From Candidatus Bathyarchaeia archaeon (lineage in GTDB: Archaea; Thermoproteota; Bathyarchaeia; Bathyarchaeales; Bathycorpusculaceae): DNA of 64,000 nt. The notes under the pieces were generated by a model. That model was given only the letters and a program-made list of their open reading frames with translations. It made no database searches and was not told where the DNA came from. Both the position numbers and the translations under genes were made by a program. The first letter of the stretch is position 1; each line of letters opens with the position of its first letter. Below, piece after piece: positions 9,240 through 19,536 of this stretch. The DNA is taken from NCBI GenBank assembly GCA_038883775.1, contig JAVZLM010000005.1, positions 1 through 64,000 on the forward strand, written 5' to 3'.

Positions 9240-10472
9240 TCACTCCCTCAAACCAACATAATTCACCAATTTTTCAACACATTTTGTTTGGATTATCCTC
9301 TGCAAATCCTCATAAATACCACGTATTTGAGCTGGGCTTGTGTCTCTTCCACCCAAACCATAAACATAATTCACCACATAAGGATGCCTTTCCGCATCGT
9401 AAAGTGCATGCCGAACCTCATGGAAAACTGGTCCTCCGTGGCTTCCGAAACTTAAGCTTCTATCCATAACAGCCACAACCTTCACACTTTTAAGCGCTTT
9501 AACAATTCCTTCGACTGGTAAGGGTCTGAAAGTGCGCATTCGGAGTAGTCCAGCTTTTATGCCTTCAGCCCTAAGCTCGTCCACAACAGCCTTAACCGTT
9601 CCAGCAGTAGAACCCAAACAAACAGTGGCAATTTCCGCATCATCCATATAATACGGTTCTAAAAGTCCATCTCCATAACGTCTCCCACTTAGTTGGGCGT
9701 ATTCTTCATGCACTTGTCGTATTACGGTAAGTGCATTTTTCATGGCTTCCTCTTGCTGCCGCTTAAACTCAAAATAATAGTTTGGCAAAGCTATTGGTCC
9801 CATGGTTGTTGGATTTTCTGGGTCAAGCCTAAAAGGCACCATTTTTCCTTCGTGATTTTCTACCAATGGGAATTGGCGGGTTCCAACAAACTTTTTCACA
9901 ACATCATCTGGGAGAACTTTCACATTTTCCAGTGTGTGGCTCAAAGTGAAGCCGTCCAAACCCACGATGGCAGGCAACAAAACCTTTGGATTTTCAGCTA
10001 TTTTGAAGGCTTGAATTACAGAGTCATAAGCTTCTTGGGCGTTTTCAACATAAATTTGTATCCAACCACTATCCCGTTCAACCATGGTGTCGGAATGATC
10101 GCCGTGAATGTTTAATGGCGCAGACAAAGCCCTATTAGCGATTGCCATAACCACTGGCGCACGACATCCAGAAGTTACAAAAAGCATCTCATGCATCAAA
10201 GCCAAACCAGCAGAAGCCGAAGCTGTAAAAGCCCTTGCGCCTGTCACGGAAGCAGCAAGACATGCGGTTAAGGCGCTGTGTTCCGATTCTGTGCAGACAA
10301 ATTCTGTTTCAACCTCGCCATTAGCAACATACTCGCTGAACTTTTCAACCATTATTGTTTGAGGCGTTATAGGATAAGCAGCCACAATATCAACATCAGA
10401 CTGCTTCACGGCATAAGCAACAGCCTCATCCCCATTTAGGGCTAAAACCTCCTGTTTAACAATACCCTTCAT
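9240..10472 (-). CDS. porA: Pyruvate/2-oxoacid:ferredoxin oxidoreductase alpha subunit
   Basis: AYPITPQT, ESEHSA, YGLGGRD. Confidence 0.95.
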   Translation of the reverse strand: MKGIVKQEVLALNGDEAVAYAVKQSDVDIVAAYPITPQTIMVEKFSEYVANGEVETEFVCTESEHSALTACLAASVTGARAFTASASAGLALMHEMLFVTSGCRAPVVMAIANRALSAPLNIHGDHSDTMVERDSGWIQIYVENAQEAYDSVIQAFKIAENPKVLLPAIVGLDGFTLSHTLENVKVLPDDVVKKFVGTRQFPLVENHEGKMVPFRLDPENPTTMGPIALPNYYFEFKRQQEEAMKNALTVIRQVHEEYAQLSGRRYGDGLLEPYYMDDAEIATVCLGSTAGTVKAVVDELRAEGIKAGLLRMRTFRPLPVEGIVKALKSVKVVAVMDRSLSFGSHGGPVFHEVRHALYDAERHPYVVNYVYGLGGRDTSPAQIRGIYEDLQRIIQTKCVEKLVNYVGLRE

Positions 10473-10488
10473 TTTTCATTCATCCTCC

Positions 10489-10767
10489 CTATCCAAGTTT
10501 CATTTCAATAGCCTTCGTGGGACATTCGTTAGCGCATATTCCGCAGCCTTTACAAAAGTTGAAGTCAAACTCTATATCCTCCTTCTCGGGATTCCAGTGA
10601 ATTGCGCCATCAGGACAGAAAAGGACGCAGAGGAGGCATCTTGTGCATTTTTCAAGGTCTCTAACGGGCATGTAGGTTTTCCAATCTCCCGTTAAGAATT
10701 CTGTGCTTGATTTCCAGCAAACCCCTGCTGGAGCGATTTCTTTCCAACTTTTCTCTTTAGCTGTCAT
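10489..10767 (-). CDS. porD: Pyruvate/2-oxoacid:ferredoxin oxidoreductase delta subunit (2x[4Fe-4S])
   Basis: TGDWKT, CTRCLLCVLFCP, CKGCGICANECP. Confidence 0.95.
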   Translation of the reverse strand: MTAKEKSWKEIAPAGVCWKSSTEFLTGDWKTYMPVRDLEKCTRCLLCVLFCPDGAIHWNPEKEDIEFDFNFCKGCGICANECPTKAIEMKLG

Positions 10768-11333
10768 TCTGATTTCACCCTTTCATAAGCTTCTTTTATA
10801 ACTGCAAAATTTTTCTCAGCCACACCCAACCTAAACCGCTCTTTAATGACTTTCTCTAGACTTTCCAATTTTACAAGCTGAGTTACGCGGGCTACAGCGC
10901 CTAGCATTGCTGTGTTTGTTATGGGCATCCCCAAAATGTTTATGGCGATTTCTGTGGCTGGAACAGTCCAAACCTTGCCTTTATTCGTGTTGAGTGTTTT
11001 TCGCATTTCGGCTGGGTCATCCTTAGAGTTGATTATGATTACCCCTTCTTCATTCAACCCTTCAGTGACAGAAACAGTTTTCAGCAGTGTTGGGTCCAAA
11101 ACAACTACGACATCAGGATTGTAAACTGCACAGTGTATCTGTATTGGTTCTGTGCTTATTCTTGTGAAGGCCGTTACTGGCGCACCCATCCTCTCTGGAC
11201 CAAACTCTGGAAATGATTGTATAAACTTTCCCTCATAGATTGCTGCTCTGGCTAAGAGTTCGCTGGCTGTCCATGCTCCTTGTCCACCTCTGCCATGCCA
11301 TCTAACTTCCAGGATTTTTTTCAATATGCTCAT
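10764..11333 (-). CDS. porG: Pyruvate/2-oxoacid:ferredoxin oxidoreductase gamma subunit
   Basis: EVRWHGRGGQG, FGPERMGAPV; start set at MSILKK. Confidence 0.95.
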   Translation of the reverse strand: MSILKKILEVRWHGRGGQGAWTASELLARAAIYEGKFIQSFPEFGPERMGAPVTAFTRISTEPIQIHCAVYNPDVVVVLDPTLLKTVSVTEGLNEEGVIIINSKDDPAEMRKTLNTNKGKVWTVPATEIAINILGMPITNTAMLGAVARVTQLVKLESLEKVIKERFRLGVAEKNFAVIKEAYERVKSE

Positions 11334-11529
11334 TCTCCATGAGTCTTCCAAGCTAATTGGGAAATCTGACATATACATTTTTCTATAGAATGTGAGACAA
11401 ATAAGATAATGCATCTCAAAATTTTAACTTTCAAAATATTCAATGAAATGGCAATATTGTAACCATAATTTTTAAGTGGCAAAAATTTTCAATTAAATTT
11501 TTTAGACAACCAATGGGGCTGCGAAAATA

Positions 11530-13026
11530 ATGCAAGAGGCGGCAGCCAACACGGTGCTTTTGACGGCGGACAGAACATTAATGAGCGATTATCATCGAAA
11601 CATATTTTTAGGTTTTGGAACATGCGCCCCGCCTAATGTTATTCCAAACTGGCTTTACAGTTGGCTTTTCTTCCCACCAATAAAAACAAAAAATGGCATA
11701 CCCGTCGCAGCTCCGTATGGACTGAGGAAAATTGAGGCTCAACTTTTAAGCGAAGGCTTCCATGTATTAACTGTTGCCCCAGACCACCTCAAAAAGTACA
11801 TAGACAAGGCAAAGGTTTTGGGCATATATGCCATGGATCCCTTCGGTTTGGGTCCAGCCTCCAGCACATTTGCCTACATCCTTAAAAAAGAACCCTTTTT
11901 GGCACAGCATTTCCGAGCCTTATTGAATAAGCCAGAAGTTAGACGGGCTAAACGGCATGGATTAAAAATTGTTGTTGGCGGTCCAGGAGTTTGGCAGTTT
12001 CGTTACAGACCAAAGTTTGTTGAAGAGTATGGAATAGACTGCATAATTGAGGGAGAAGCAGAAAAAATCATTGGGAAAATTATCCGCGCTGCCCTTGACG
12101 GTGAAGAACTTCCTAAATATTATGAGGTCGACTTTAAAGAAGTGCCAGCCTTAAATGAGATTCCGGAAATTGTGAATCCTTCTATTGATGGGTTGGTGGA
12201 AATTGGACGTGGATGCTGTAGAGGATGCGAATTTTGCAGTGTAACGTTGAAACCCTTAAGATGGTATCCCTACGAGAAAATACTGCGAGAAATCGATGTG
12301 AACATAAACGTTGGAAATGTTAACTGGGCTTGCCTCCACGCAGAAGATGTCATGCTTTACGGTTCAAACAACACCATACCCAACGATGAAAAACTCATCA
12401 AACTTCATGAATTGGTTCTAAAAAAGTGTGATGGGATAAGTTGGAGCCACTGTTCTTTAGCGGCTGTAGCTTCAAAACCAAAACTTTTCTCGCAAATTGC
12501 CCAACTAATACTTCAAAAACAGCCTTGGTGGGGCACAGAAATTGGAATAGAAACGGGCTCGCCAAAACTTGCCGAAAAAATTATGCCAGCAAAAGCCCAC
12601 CCCTTCAAACCGCAGGAATGGCCAGAGGTTGTCTGTACAAGCATGGGATTAATGCATGATAATAAGCTGATTCCAGCTTGCACGTTGATTGTTGGGATGC
12701 TAGAAGAAACAGAAGAAGACATAATTAAAACAATAGAATTGGTAGAAGATTTGAAGGATGTTAGAAGCCTAATAGTGCCATTATTTTTTGTTCCCTTGGG
12801 AAGGCTGAAAGACAGAGAATGGTTTAAAGGCGCCCAAATGACTGAACTGCATAAAGAATTGTTAATCACGTGCCTAAAACACGACTTCTACTGGATAGAA
12901 AACCTTATTGATTTGGCTTTTGCTGGAAAATGGTACGCACACCTGCTCCACCCCTTTTACAAGGGTTTTGTAAGAATTGTTAAAAATAGAGCCATAAAGG
13001 CTGGAATAACAATAAAGACCAGCTAA
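11530..13026 (+). CDS. B12-binding-domain radical SAM protein
   Basis: APYGLRKIEA, VVGGPG, RGCCRGCEFC (CxxxCxxC), GIETGS. Confidence 0.9.
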   Translation: MQEAAANTVLLTADRTLMSDYHRNIFLGFGTCAPPNVIPNWLYSWLFFPPIKTKNGIPVAAPYGLRKIEAQLLSEGFHVLTVAPDHLKKYIDKAKVLGIYAMDPFGLGPASSTFAYILKKEPFLAQHFRALLNKPEVRRAKRHGLKIVVGGPGVWQFRYRPKFVEEYGIDCIIEGEAEKIIGKIIRAALDGEELPKYYEVDFKEVPALNEIPEIVNPSIDGLVEIGRGCCRGCEFCSVTLKPLRWYPYEKILREIDVNINVGNVNWACLHAEDVMLYGSNNTIPNDEKLIKLHELVLKKCDGISWSHCSLAAVASKPKLFSQIAQLILQKQPWWGTEIGIETGSPKLAEKIMPAKAHPFKPQEWPEVVCTSMGLMHDNKLIPACTLIVGMLEETEEDIIKTIELVEDLKDVRSLIVPLFFVPLGRLKDREWFKGAQMTELHKELLITCLKHDFYWIENLIDLAFAGKWYAHLLHPFYKGFVRIVKNRAIKAGITIKTS

Positions 13027-13074
13027 TAACTAAACTTAAATATTACACAAAACTCGTAAAACAATAGCAACTAA

Positions 13075-13148
13075 GCCGCCGTAGCTCAGTTCGGTAGAGC
13101 GGCTGGCTGTTAACCAGTCGGTCGTAGGTTCAAGTCCTACCGGCGGCG
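13075..13148 (+). tRNA. tRNA-Asn (GTT)
   Basis: GCCGCCG/CGGCGGC acceptor stem, anticodon loop CTGTTAA, T-loop TTCAAGT. Confidence 0.97.
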
Positions 13149-13166
13149 CCTCTAAACGCTTGTGCT

Positions 13167-13592
13167 TTATGTCGTGTGTTTTATTACTGTTTCAAGCATT
13201 TTATGATGTTTCTTTTCTTCTTCCAGAATATATTGTAGAAGCGTTTTTAACGCTTTGTCTTTGGTTTTTTGAATTTCCTTTTCTACATGAGCTATCATTT
13301 GTGCCTCTCGTTCCATGTGTCTTTGAAGATCTCTTTTTACGACAAGAGGGTCAACATAACTTTCAAGTTTGTATTTCCAGAGATTTTCGGATGGAGGAAT
13401 TTTTCCAACAACATCAAGGATTCCACTTAAGACGTCGGCGTGCTTTTGAGAATCTAATTTTATTATATGCAAATACATTTTTGCCGCTGCATTTCCAACT
13501 TTAGTTTCGCTTTCAGCAACTTCCTTAACATTTATATTTTCCACTTCAATCTGTTTTTTAACCATTTTAATCCATTCATCAGCCACATTCAT
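13167..13592 (-). CDS. Ferritin-like/rubrerythrin-domain protein
   Basis: DSQKH and EEKKHH motifs in a four-helix bundle pattern. Confidence 0.75.
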   Translation of the reverse strand: MNVADEWIKMVKKQIEVENINVKEVAESETKVGNAAAKMYLHIIKLDSQKHADVLSGILDVVGKIPPSENLWKYKLESYVDPLVVKRDLQRHMEREAQMIAHVEKEIQKTKDKALKTLLQYILEEEKKHHKMLETVIKHTT

Positions 13593-13669
13593 TCTTGTAT
13601 TCCTCTTTAACTTATTACAAGCTCTAACTTAACTTATTAAAACTTGTGATAAAAGGAAGTTACTAAAAG

Positions 13670-14002
13670 CTATGGAGTCTTATCAATTTTTGCTTCTTTT
13701 CTGATTATAGATATTGGCGTGGGCATAGGCATAGGAGGCGCTGGTGTGCTTGCTACTATTGGGCGCTTTTGTATATACTTGTGTCCACATTCGCATTGGA
13801 AGCCTATTATTTTGTCTCCTCGTTTTATTAGTTTCCACTTTCGCCCATTGCATCCAATGTTTTGTTTGTGAATTTTCCACAAGAGTCTTGCCTCAGAAAG
13901 GGTTAGGGGAGCGTAATGTTTTGCTGATGTGAAATACCATGTTGCATAAACTATGAAAATTGTCCAGAGGACGAAGGCGAATATTTCTAATGTGTCGAAC
14001 AT
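13670..14002 (-). CDS. Small membrane-anchored putative zinc-binding protein
   Basis: N-terminal TM helix; HKQNIGC...FQCECGH. Confidence 0.6.
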   Translation of the reverse strand: MFDTLEIFAFVLWTIFIVYATWYFTSAKHYAPLTLSEARLLWKIHKQNIGCNGRKWKLIKRGDKIIGFQCECGHKYIQKRPIVASTPAPPMPMPTPISIIRKEAKIDKTP

Positions 14003-14130
14003 TTTCTACACGACGTGTTTTTGTGTTCTACGCATGTACGATATGTCTTTTGTTTGACATATCTAACCTGAGAATATTATCTCTTACGATATAAGCATTA
14101 TGTAAAATTTCGAATACCAAACACTAAAAC

Positions 14131-14595
14131 CTAAAACTGTTGGAGTACGTCTTTCTTCTCCATAATATACCCACAATAATGACACTTCAAAACCAAAGGA
14201 TCTTCACTTTCAACATAAAACTTAGCCACAACAGGCTCATTACTATTGCTTATACAAGCCGGATTAGCACACTTAATAATGTCCTCAATAACCGTTGGCA
14301 ACTGAACCCTCTGTTTGGCTACAACATTATAATCGCGGATAATGTTAATTGTGGCGTGGGGAGCCAACAAAGCAATTTTATGCACTTCTTGAGGGTTCAA
14401 CTCCCTACCTTCAATCTTTACAATATCCTTAACTTTAAAACGCTTGCTTGGCACGTTAATGGCAATTGTAATAATGCCCTTCTCCCGCCCAGTTATTCCC
14501 AAAATTCTGGCAACATCCAAGGCGTGACCGCCAGTTATGTGGTCTATAACCGTGCCGTCTTTAATTTTTGAAACATGCAGCACCGTCTCGCTCAT
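14131..14595 (-). CDS. pyrI: Aspartate carbamoyltransferase regulatory subunit
   Basis: GTVIDHI, KDIVKIE, CANPACISN, CHYC. Confidence 0.97.
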   Translation of the reverse strand: MSETVLHVSKIKDGTVIDHITGGHALDVARILGITGREKGIITIAINVPSKRFKVKDIVKIEGRELNPQEVHKIALLAPHATINIIRDYNVVAKQRVQLPTVIEDIIKCANPACISNSNEPVVAKFYVESEDPLVLKCHYCGYIMEKKDVLQQF

Positions 14596-14685
14596 GTGTA
14601 ATATTCCCCTTTAAAGAGGCTATATTCTAAACAAGCATAAAAGATTTTAACCGTTCAGCAATTGCTGATAAAAGTTATTTAGTAG

Positions 14686-15633
<948 letters not shown>

Positions 15634-15642
15634 CATTTAAAA

Positions 15643-17856
15643 TTAGACTGAGACAAAACGGTCGAAGGACGTCAGCGTGTCTATTGCTCCACAGGATGGA
15701 CATTTATGCAAAAGCCCGAACCAGCTTCTTTTGCAGTTGAAGCAATAAGTTAGTCTACGGTCATAAGTGAAAAATTTAATGCCGTAGCCTTCGAAAAGCC
15801 GTTTGGTTAGAGCCATAAGTTCTTCGGGTTTATGTTCAGCCTCTCCAAGCTCTATTACGGTTAGGCTTCCACCAGAATAAAGCCTCTGCAGTTCTTGTTC
15901 AAATTTTAAAGATTCTGGACTAATTTTTCCGTCACTTAATGTTAGTTTGCTGACTGTTGAATAGTATGGTTTTTCCCTTGTTCCCAAAAATCGAATTTTC
16001 GCCACGCCGAATCTTTCAATATCCAGCCTCGCCAACCTTTCAGAGGCCTCAAAATCGGGTATTTTCGCCGTGACCAAATGTTTTTCGCATCTTCTGCCAA
16101 TTTTATGCGTATACTCCAGAATGTTTTGCATAATTTCTCGGGCAAACTCCAATGTTCTTTCATCTTCGCCAACCCTTTTTTGGCAAAAGGCTTCAATGGC
16201 TTCTCTTAATCCCGCCAAATTTATTATGCAAGAACAGTTCTCATTTCTAAAATATCTGTCTCCATTAATGTCTTGCAGGAGAAATGGAAGCAAACCTTTC
16301 CCATGCTGTTTAATGGATTTATGCTTGATTTCTAAAGCCCTAGACACCAAATCAAACCGTTCTTTTAATAACTGAAAGAATTTCGCCTTATCACCTTCGC
16401 ACTCATATGCAAGACGTGGCAAATTAAGAGTTGCATGGGCTAATTTTCCAGTGCGCAACGTATCTATTTCCCAATCTCCATCCAAACTCGCCTCAAGCCT
16501 AAATCCAGAAGCGGAGAAAACACTTTGGCTTTCACCCTCTTTTAGAAGATTAGCAAAGTATACTATTCCCTTTTCTGAAACCAGTTGATGCGCCTTAAAA
16601 AATATAGCCTTAGCTTTCTCGTCTTCGAAGGTTTCTGGACGTATTTTCAAAATGAGTTTTGGATTAAGCAAAGGTTTACTGGCACTTTCTTCAATAAATA
16701 TGTCAAGAATAAGGGAAGCCAAAATTTGGCTTTCTTCACAAAAATCACGATAATTGCCTGCTAATTTTCCAGAAACTCCCACGGCTGGTTTGTCTGCGAT
16801 AAAGTCTGGAAAGGTAGGTTCAAGGCTTATGGAAGCGTTCACGTACTGATTTAGGTTAAGGATGAATAAGCGCAGAGCCTCTTTAACCTCTGAGGCGCCT
16901 AAGCCTTTTACAAAGGGAGCAAGGAAAACATTGAAATACTCTAAGGTCTGCGTTTCGCATATTTCTTTAGAAGAATGTAAAAGAACGTTAAAGATGAGGG
17001 AGAGGGCTGTTTCAAAATTTTTAGGCGGAGGAATAGAAGATTGAGAAGCATTTATTTTCTCTAATTTTGAGCCATTCTGGAAGAAAAATCGTAAATCATG
17101 CACTATTTCGCTTGGCTTCAAAATCCAAGAACCAAGCCCACTAATGTGCATTGACCCAGACAGGTGGGCGTCTGCAATATCCCTTGGAAAAACGTTTAGA
17201 AGCGTAAACTCTTTTAAGACGATGTCGCCAGCCGTTTCCTGAATATAAATTGGCCACTGGGGAGTTTTACTTTTCAAATCCACAAGGGCTGCCACATCAT
17301 AAACTGGAAGTCCCAATCTTGTTAGTTTATGTCTGTAATCTTCTAAGCCTTTTTCAATCAAAATTGCGTTTACAACCTCCCTCACAAGGGGCGCCGTTAG
17401 ATACTTGGGTTTTGACTTGAGCAGCCTTTTCTCTGCTTCTTTAGCAACTTTTTGAGCCAAATCGGCAGGCATCTTCGTCTCTCTTATAAGCGAGTTGGCT
17501 ATTTTGCTAACATCAAATTCTTCCACCGTGAATTTGGAAGTGCGGACAAGCATGCCCTTTGGCTTGAAGGCTTTCTTTTCAATACGTTCTGCAACTTCAA
17601 TAACCATCTCACCCAAATCGGTTAAACAATACTTTTTTGCTTCCACATCTGCCTCAATTAAATCAGCCTTCAACAAGAACTTCAAGTGATAAGCAAACCT
17701 TCCAGCGTCCCTTGTAGGATTCATTTTCAAAGAACCCATCAACTCAGTATAGGAAAGTGGACCCCTATCAAAAAGCAAATTCAAAATCTGCAGCCTAAGG
17801 GGTGAAGAAACAGCTTTGAGTATCCTAACTCCCCGCACGCGATGTGGAACAGACAA
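15643..17856 (-). CDS. ArsR-type wHTH + ATP-cone + catalytically degenerate class III (NrdD-like) ribonucleotide reductase fusion
   Basis: SSPLRLQIL...AYHLKFL HTH; VRTS..EEFD..KIANSL..LTAPLVRE ATP-cone; AHLSGSMHI, TLRTG..TLNLPR, YSGG, CFNC..CPSC NrdD motifs; no MGCR, no RxxGY. Confidence 0.85.
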   Translation of the reverse strand: MSVPHRVRGVRILKAVSSPLRLQILNLLFDRGPLSYTELMGSLKMNPTRDAGRFAYHLKFLLKADLIEADVEAKKYCLTDLGEMVIEVAERIEKKAFKPKGMLVRTSKFTVEEFDVSKIANSLIRETKMPADLAQKVAKEAEKRLLKSKPKYLTAPLVREVVNAILIEKGLEDYRHKLTRLGLPVYDVAALVDLKSKTPQWPIYIQETAGDIVLKEFTLLNVFPRDIADAHLSGSMHISGLGSWILKPSEIVHDLRFFFQNGSKLEKINASQSSIPPPKNFETALSLIFNVLLHSSKEICETQTLEYFNVFLAPFVKGLGASEVKEALRLFILNLNQYVNASISLEPTFPDFIADKPAVGVSGKLAGNYRDFCEESQILASLILDIFIEESASKPLLNPKLILKIRPETFEDEKAKAIFFKAHQLVSEKGIVYFANLLKEGESQSVFSASGFRLEASLDGDWEIDTLRTGKLAHATLNLPRLAYECEGDKAKFFQLLKERFDLVSRALEIKHKSIKQHGKGLLPFLLQDINGDRYFRNENCSCIINLAGLREAIEAFCQKRVGEDERTLEFAREIMQNILEYTHKIGRRCEKHLVTAKIPDFEASERLARLDIERFGVAKIRFLGTREKPYYSTVSKLTLSDGKISPESLKFEQELQRLYSGGSLTVIELGEAEHKPEELMALTKRLFEGYGIKFFTYDRRLTYCFNCKRSWFGLLHKCPSCGAIDTLTSFDRFVSV

Positions 17857-17957
17857 AGGCTCAACCCCCGGCCAGATAAAGGCAATTAGCGAAATAAGGG
17901 TTTAAAAGTTAAGAACACTTTATACTTATATGCTTTTCAATCCTAAATCCTCAAAGA

Positions 17958-18035
17958 GGGGCTGTCGGCTAGCTTGGTCTAGGCTTGGAGACTCGGGCTC
18001 TCTAGACCCCGGTTCAAATCCGGGCAGCCCCACCA
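17958..18035 (+). tRNA. tRNA-Pro (CGG), CCA encoded
   Basis: GGGGCTG/CAGCCCC acceptor stem, loop CTCGGGC, GGTTCAAATCC. Confidence 0.93.
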
Positions 18036-18123
18036 CATTGTAGATTATCCGCCTTTATTATTCGAAATGCTTAAATCAAATAAGGCTCCGTTGATGTTAA
18101 ATATGCTAGGATGTGAATTTGAA

Positions 18124-19536
18124 TTGCTTGAAAGTATGAAAGAAAAAATCGAAAACCTTATTGCTACAGTGATGACGGAAGCTCGCGCACCAGGATTGAG
18201 TCTTGCGGTAGTGAGAGATGATCAGTTAATTTACGCTCGTGGATTTGGATCTAAAAATTTAAAAATGAATCTACCTGCAACTCCTGATACTTTGTATGGG
18301 ATTGGATCTTGTACGAAGTCTTTTACTGCTCTAGCTATAATGCAATTGGCAGAACAGGGAAAACTTGATGTGCATGACCCCGTTAGTAAACATCTTCAGC
18401 AATTTAAACTAAAAGGTAAAAATGACAAGCAAATAACAATACATCACTTGCTAACTCACTCTTCAGGAATACCGAATCTTGGGATGGCTGAAATCCTCAT
18501 ACGAAGAATGGCGGACCTAGGCGAGTACTTCATTCCTTTGAGCAGCGCAGATGATCTTTTCTTACATCTTAATGGAGCACAAGAGGAAATAACAGCAGAA
18601 CCTGGCGAGAAATTCTTTTACTTCAATGAGGGGTATACACTGCTTGGCATGATTATTGAAAAAGTTAGTGGAATGAACTACGAAGATTATGTTCGAGAAA
18701 AAATCTTGAAGCCACTAAAAATGAATAGATCCACATTCATTAAGGAAGAATTTGAGAAGGACAATGACATTATGGTACCCTACATTGTGGAGGCAAAAGA
18801 AGGCGAAATAAAAGCAATTTCCGCTACCCACCCATTTGATAAGTTCATATATGCCCCGGGTGGTTTGTTAAGTTCAGTTGCTGAATTGGCTCACTATCTT
18901 GTTGCAAATATGAATGGCGGTGTTTATGAAAACGTTAGACTTATAGATGCAATTTTCCTAGCTAAAATGCATGAGCCATACATAAAGACGGGTTTCCGTT
19001 GGCTTTTTGGTGAAGAGGCGAAATATGGATATGGGTGGATGATTACAGAAAACTTTTTTGGGCATAAAATTGTTGAGCATGGAGGAAGCACCGGATTATC
19101 AAGCGCTGAATTGGCATTCATGCCTGACCAAAAAATAGGAGTAGCTGTTGCAAGCAATATCAGTGGAGGAGGTTTAATATCTTTTATACCCGTGGCTGTT
19201 ATGGCGTTATTCCTGGGCAAAGATCCTGAAAAAGATGTTCCTACGTTCAAAGCTGAAAAAACAATGAACATGCTAACGGGCGAGTATGCGTCTTACAAGG
19301 GCATACATAAGATATCAGTTGTAAAGAAAATGGGACTGTTATACTTGGAGTCAAAAGAAAAATTCTTTGAAATTTCTGCGCCATTAATCCCAGAAAGAGA
19401 TGACATTGAAAACTTAAAGTTTTACGTTCCTGAACTTGGCGGTACAAAGTTGCCTGTGGAATTTGAAGTCGGTCCAGATGGCAAAATTGACCTATACTTA
19501 GAACGAACTCGATTTCATAAAACTAAAACCCCATAA
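18124..19536 (+). CDS. Serine hydrolase, beta-lactamase class C/Pab87-like peptidase
   Basis: SCTK (SxxK), YFN, HGG; C-terminal Pab87-type domain. Confidence 0.9.
   Translation: MLESMKEKIENLIATVMTEARAPGLSLAVVRDDQLIYARGFGSKNLKMNLPATPDTLYGIGSCTKSFTALAIMQLAEQGKLDVHDPVSKHLQQFKLKGKNDKQITIHHLLTHSSGIPNLGMAEILIRRMADLGEYFIPLSSADDLFLHLNGAQEEITAEPGEKFFYFNEGYTLLGMIIEKVSGMNYEDYVREKILKPLKMNRSTFIKEEFEKDNDIMVPYIVEAKEGEIKAISATHPFDKFIYAPGGLLSSVAELAHYLVANMNGGVYENVRLIDAIFLAKMHEPYIKTGFRWLFGEEAKYGYGWMITENFFGHKIVEHGGSTGLSSAELAFMPDQKIGVAVASNISGGGLISFIPVAVMALFLGKDPEKDVPTFKAEKTMNMLTGEYASYKGIHKISVVKKMGLLYLESKEKFFEISAPLIPERDDIENLKFYVPELGGTKLPVEFEVGPDGKIDLYLERTRFHKTKTP

Noticed and set aside
15643-17856. Calling this a functional nrdD
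   Set aside because: Finger-loop Cys and glycyl-radical motif are absent
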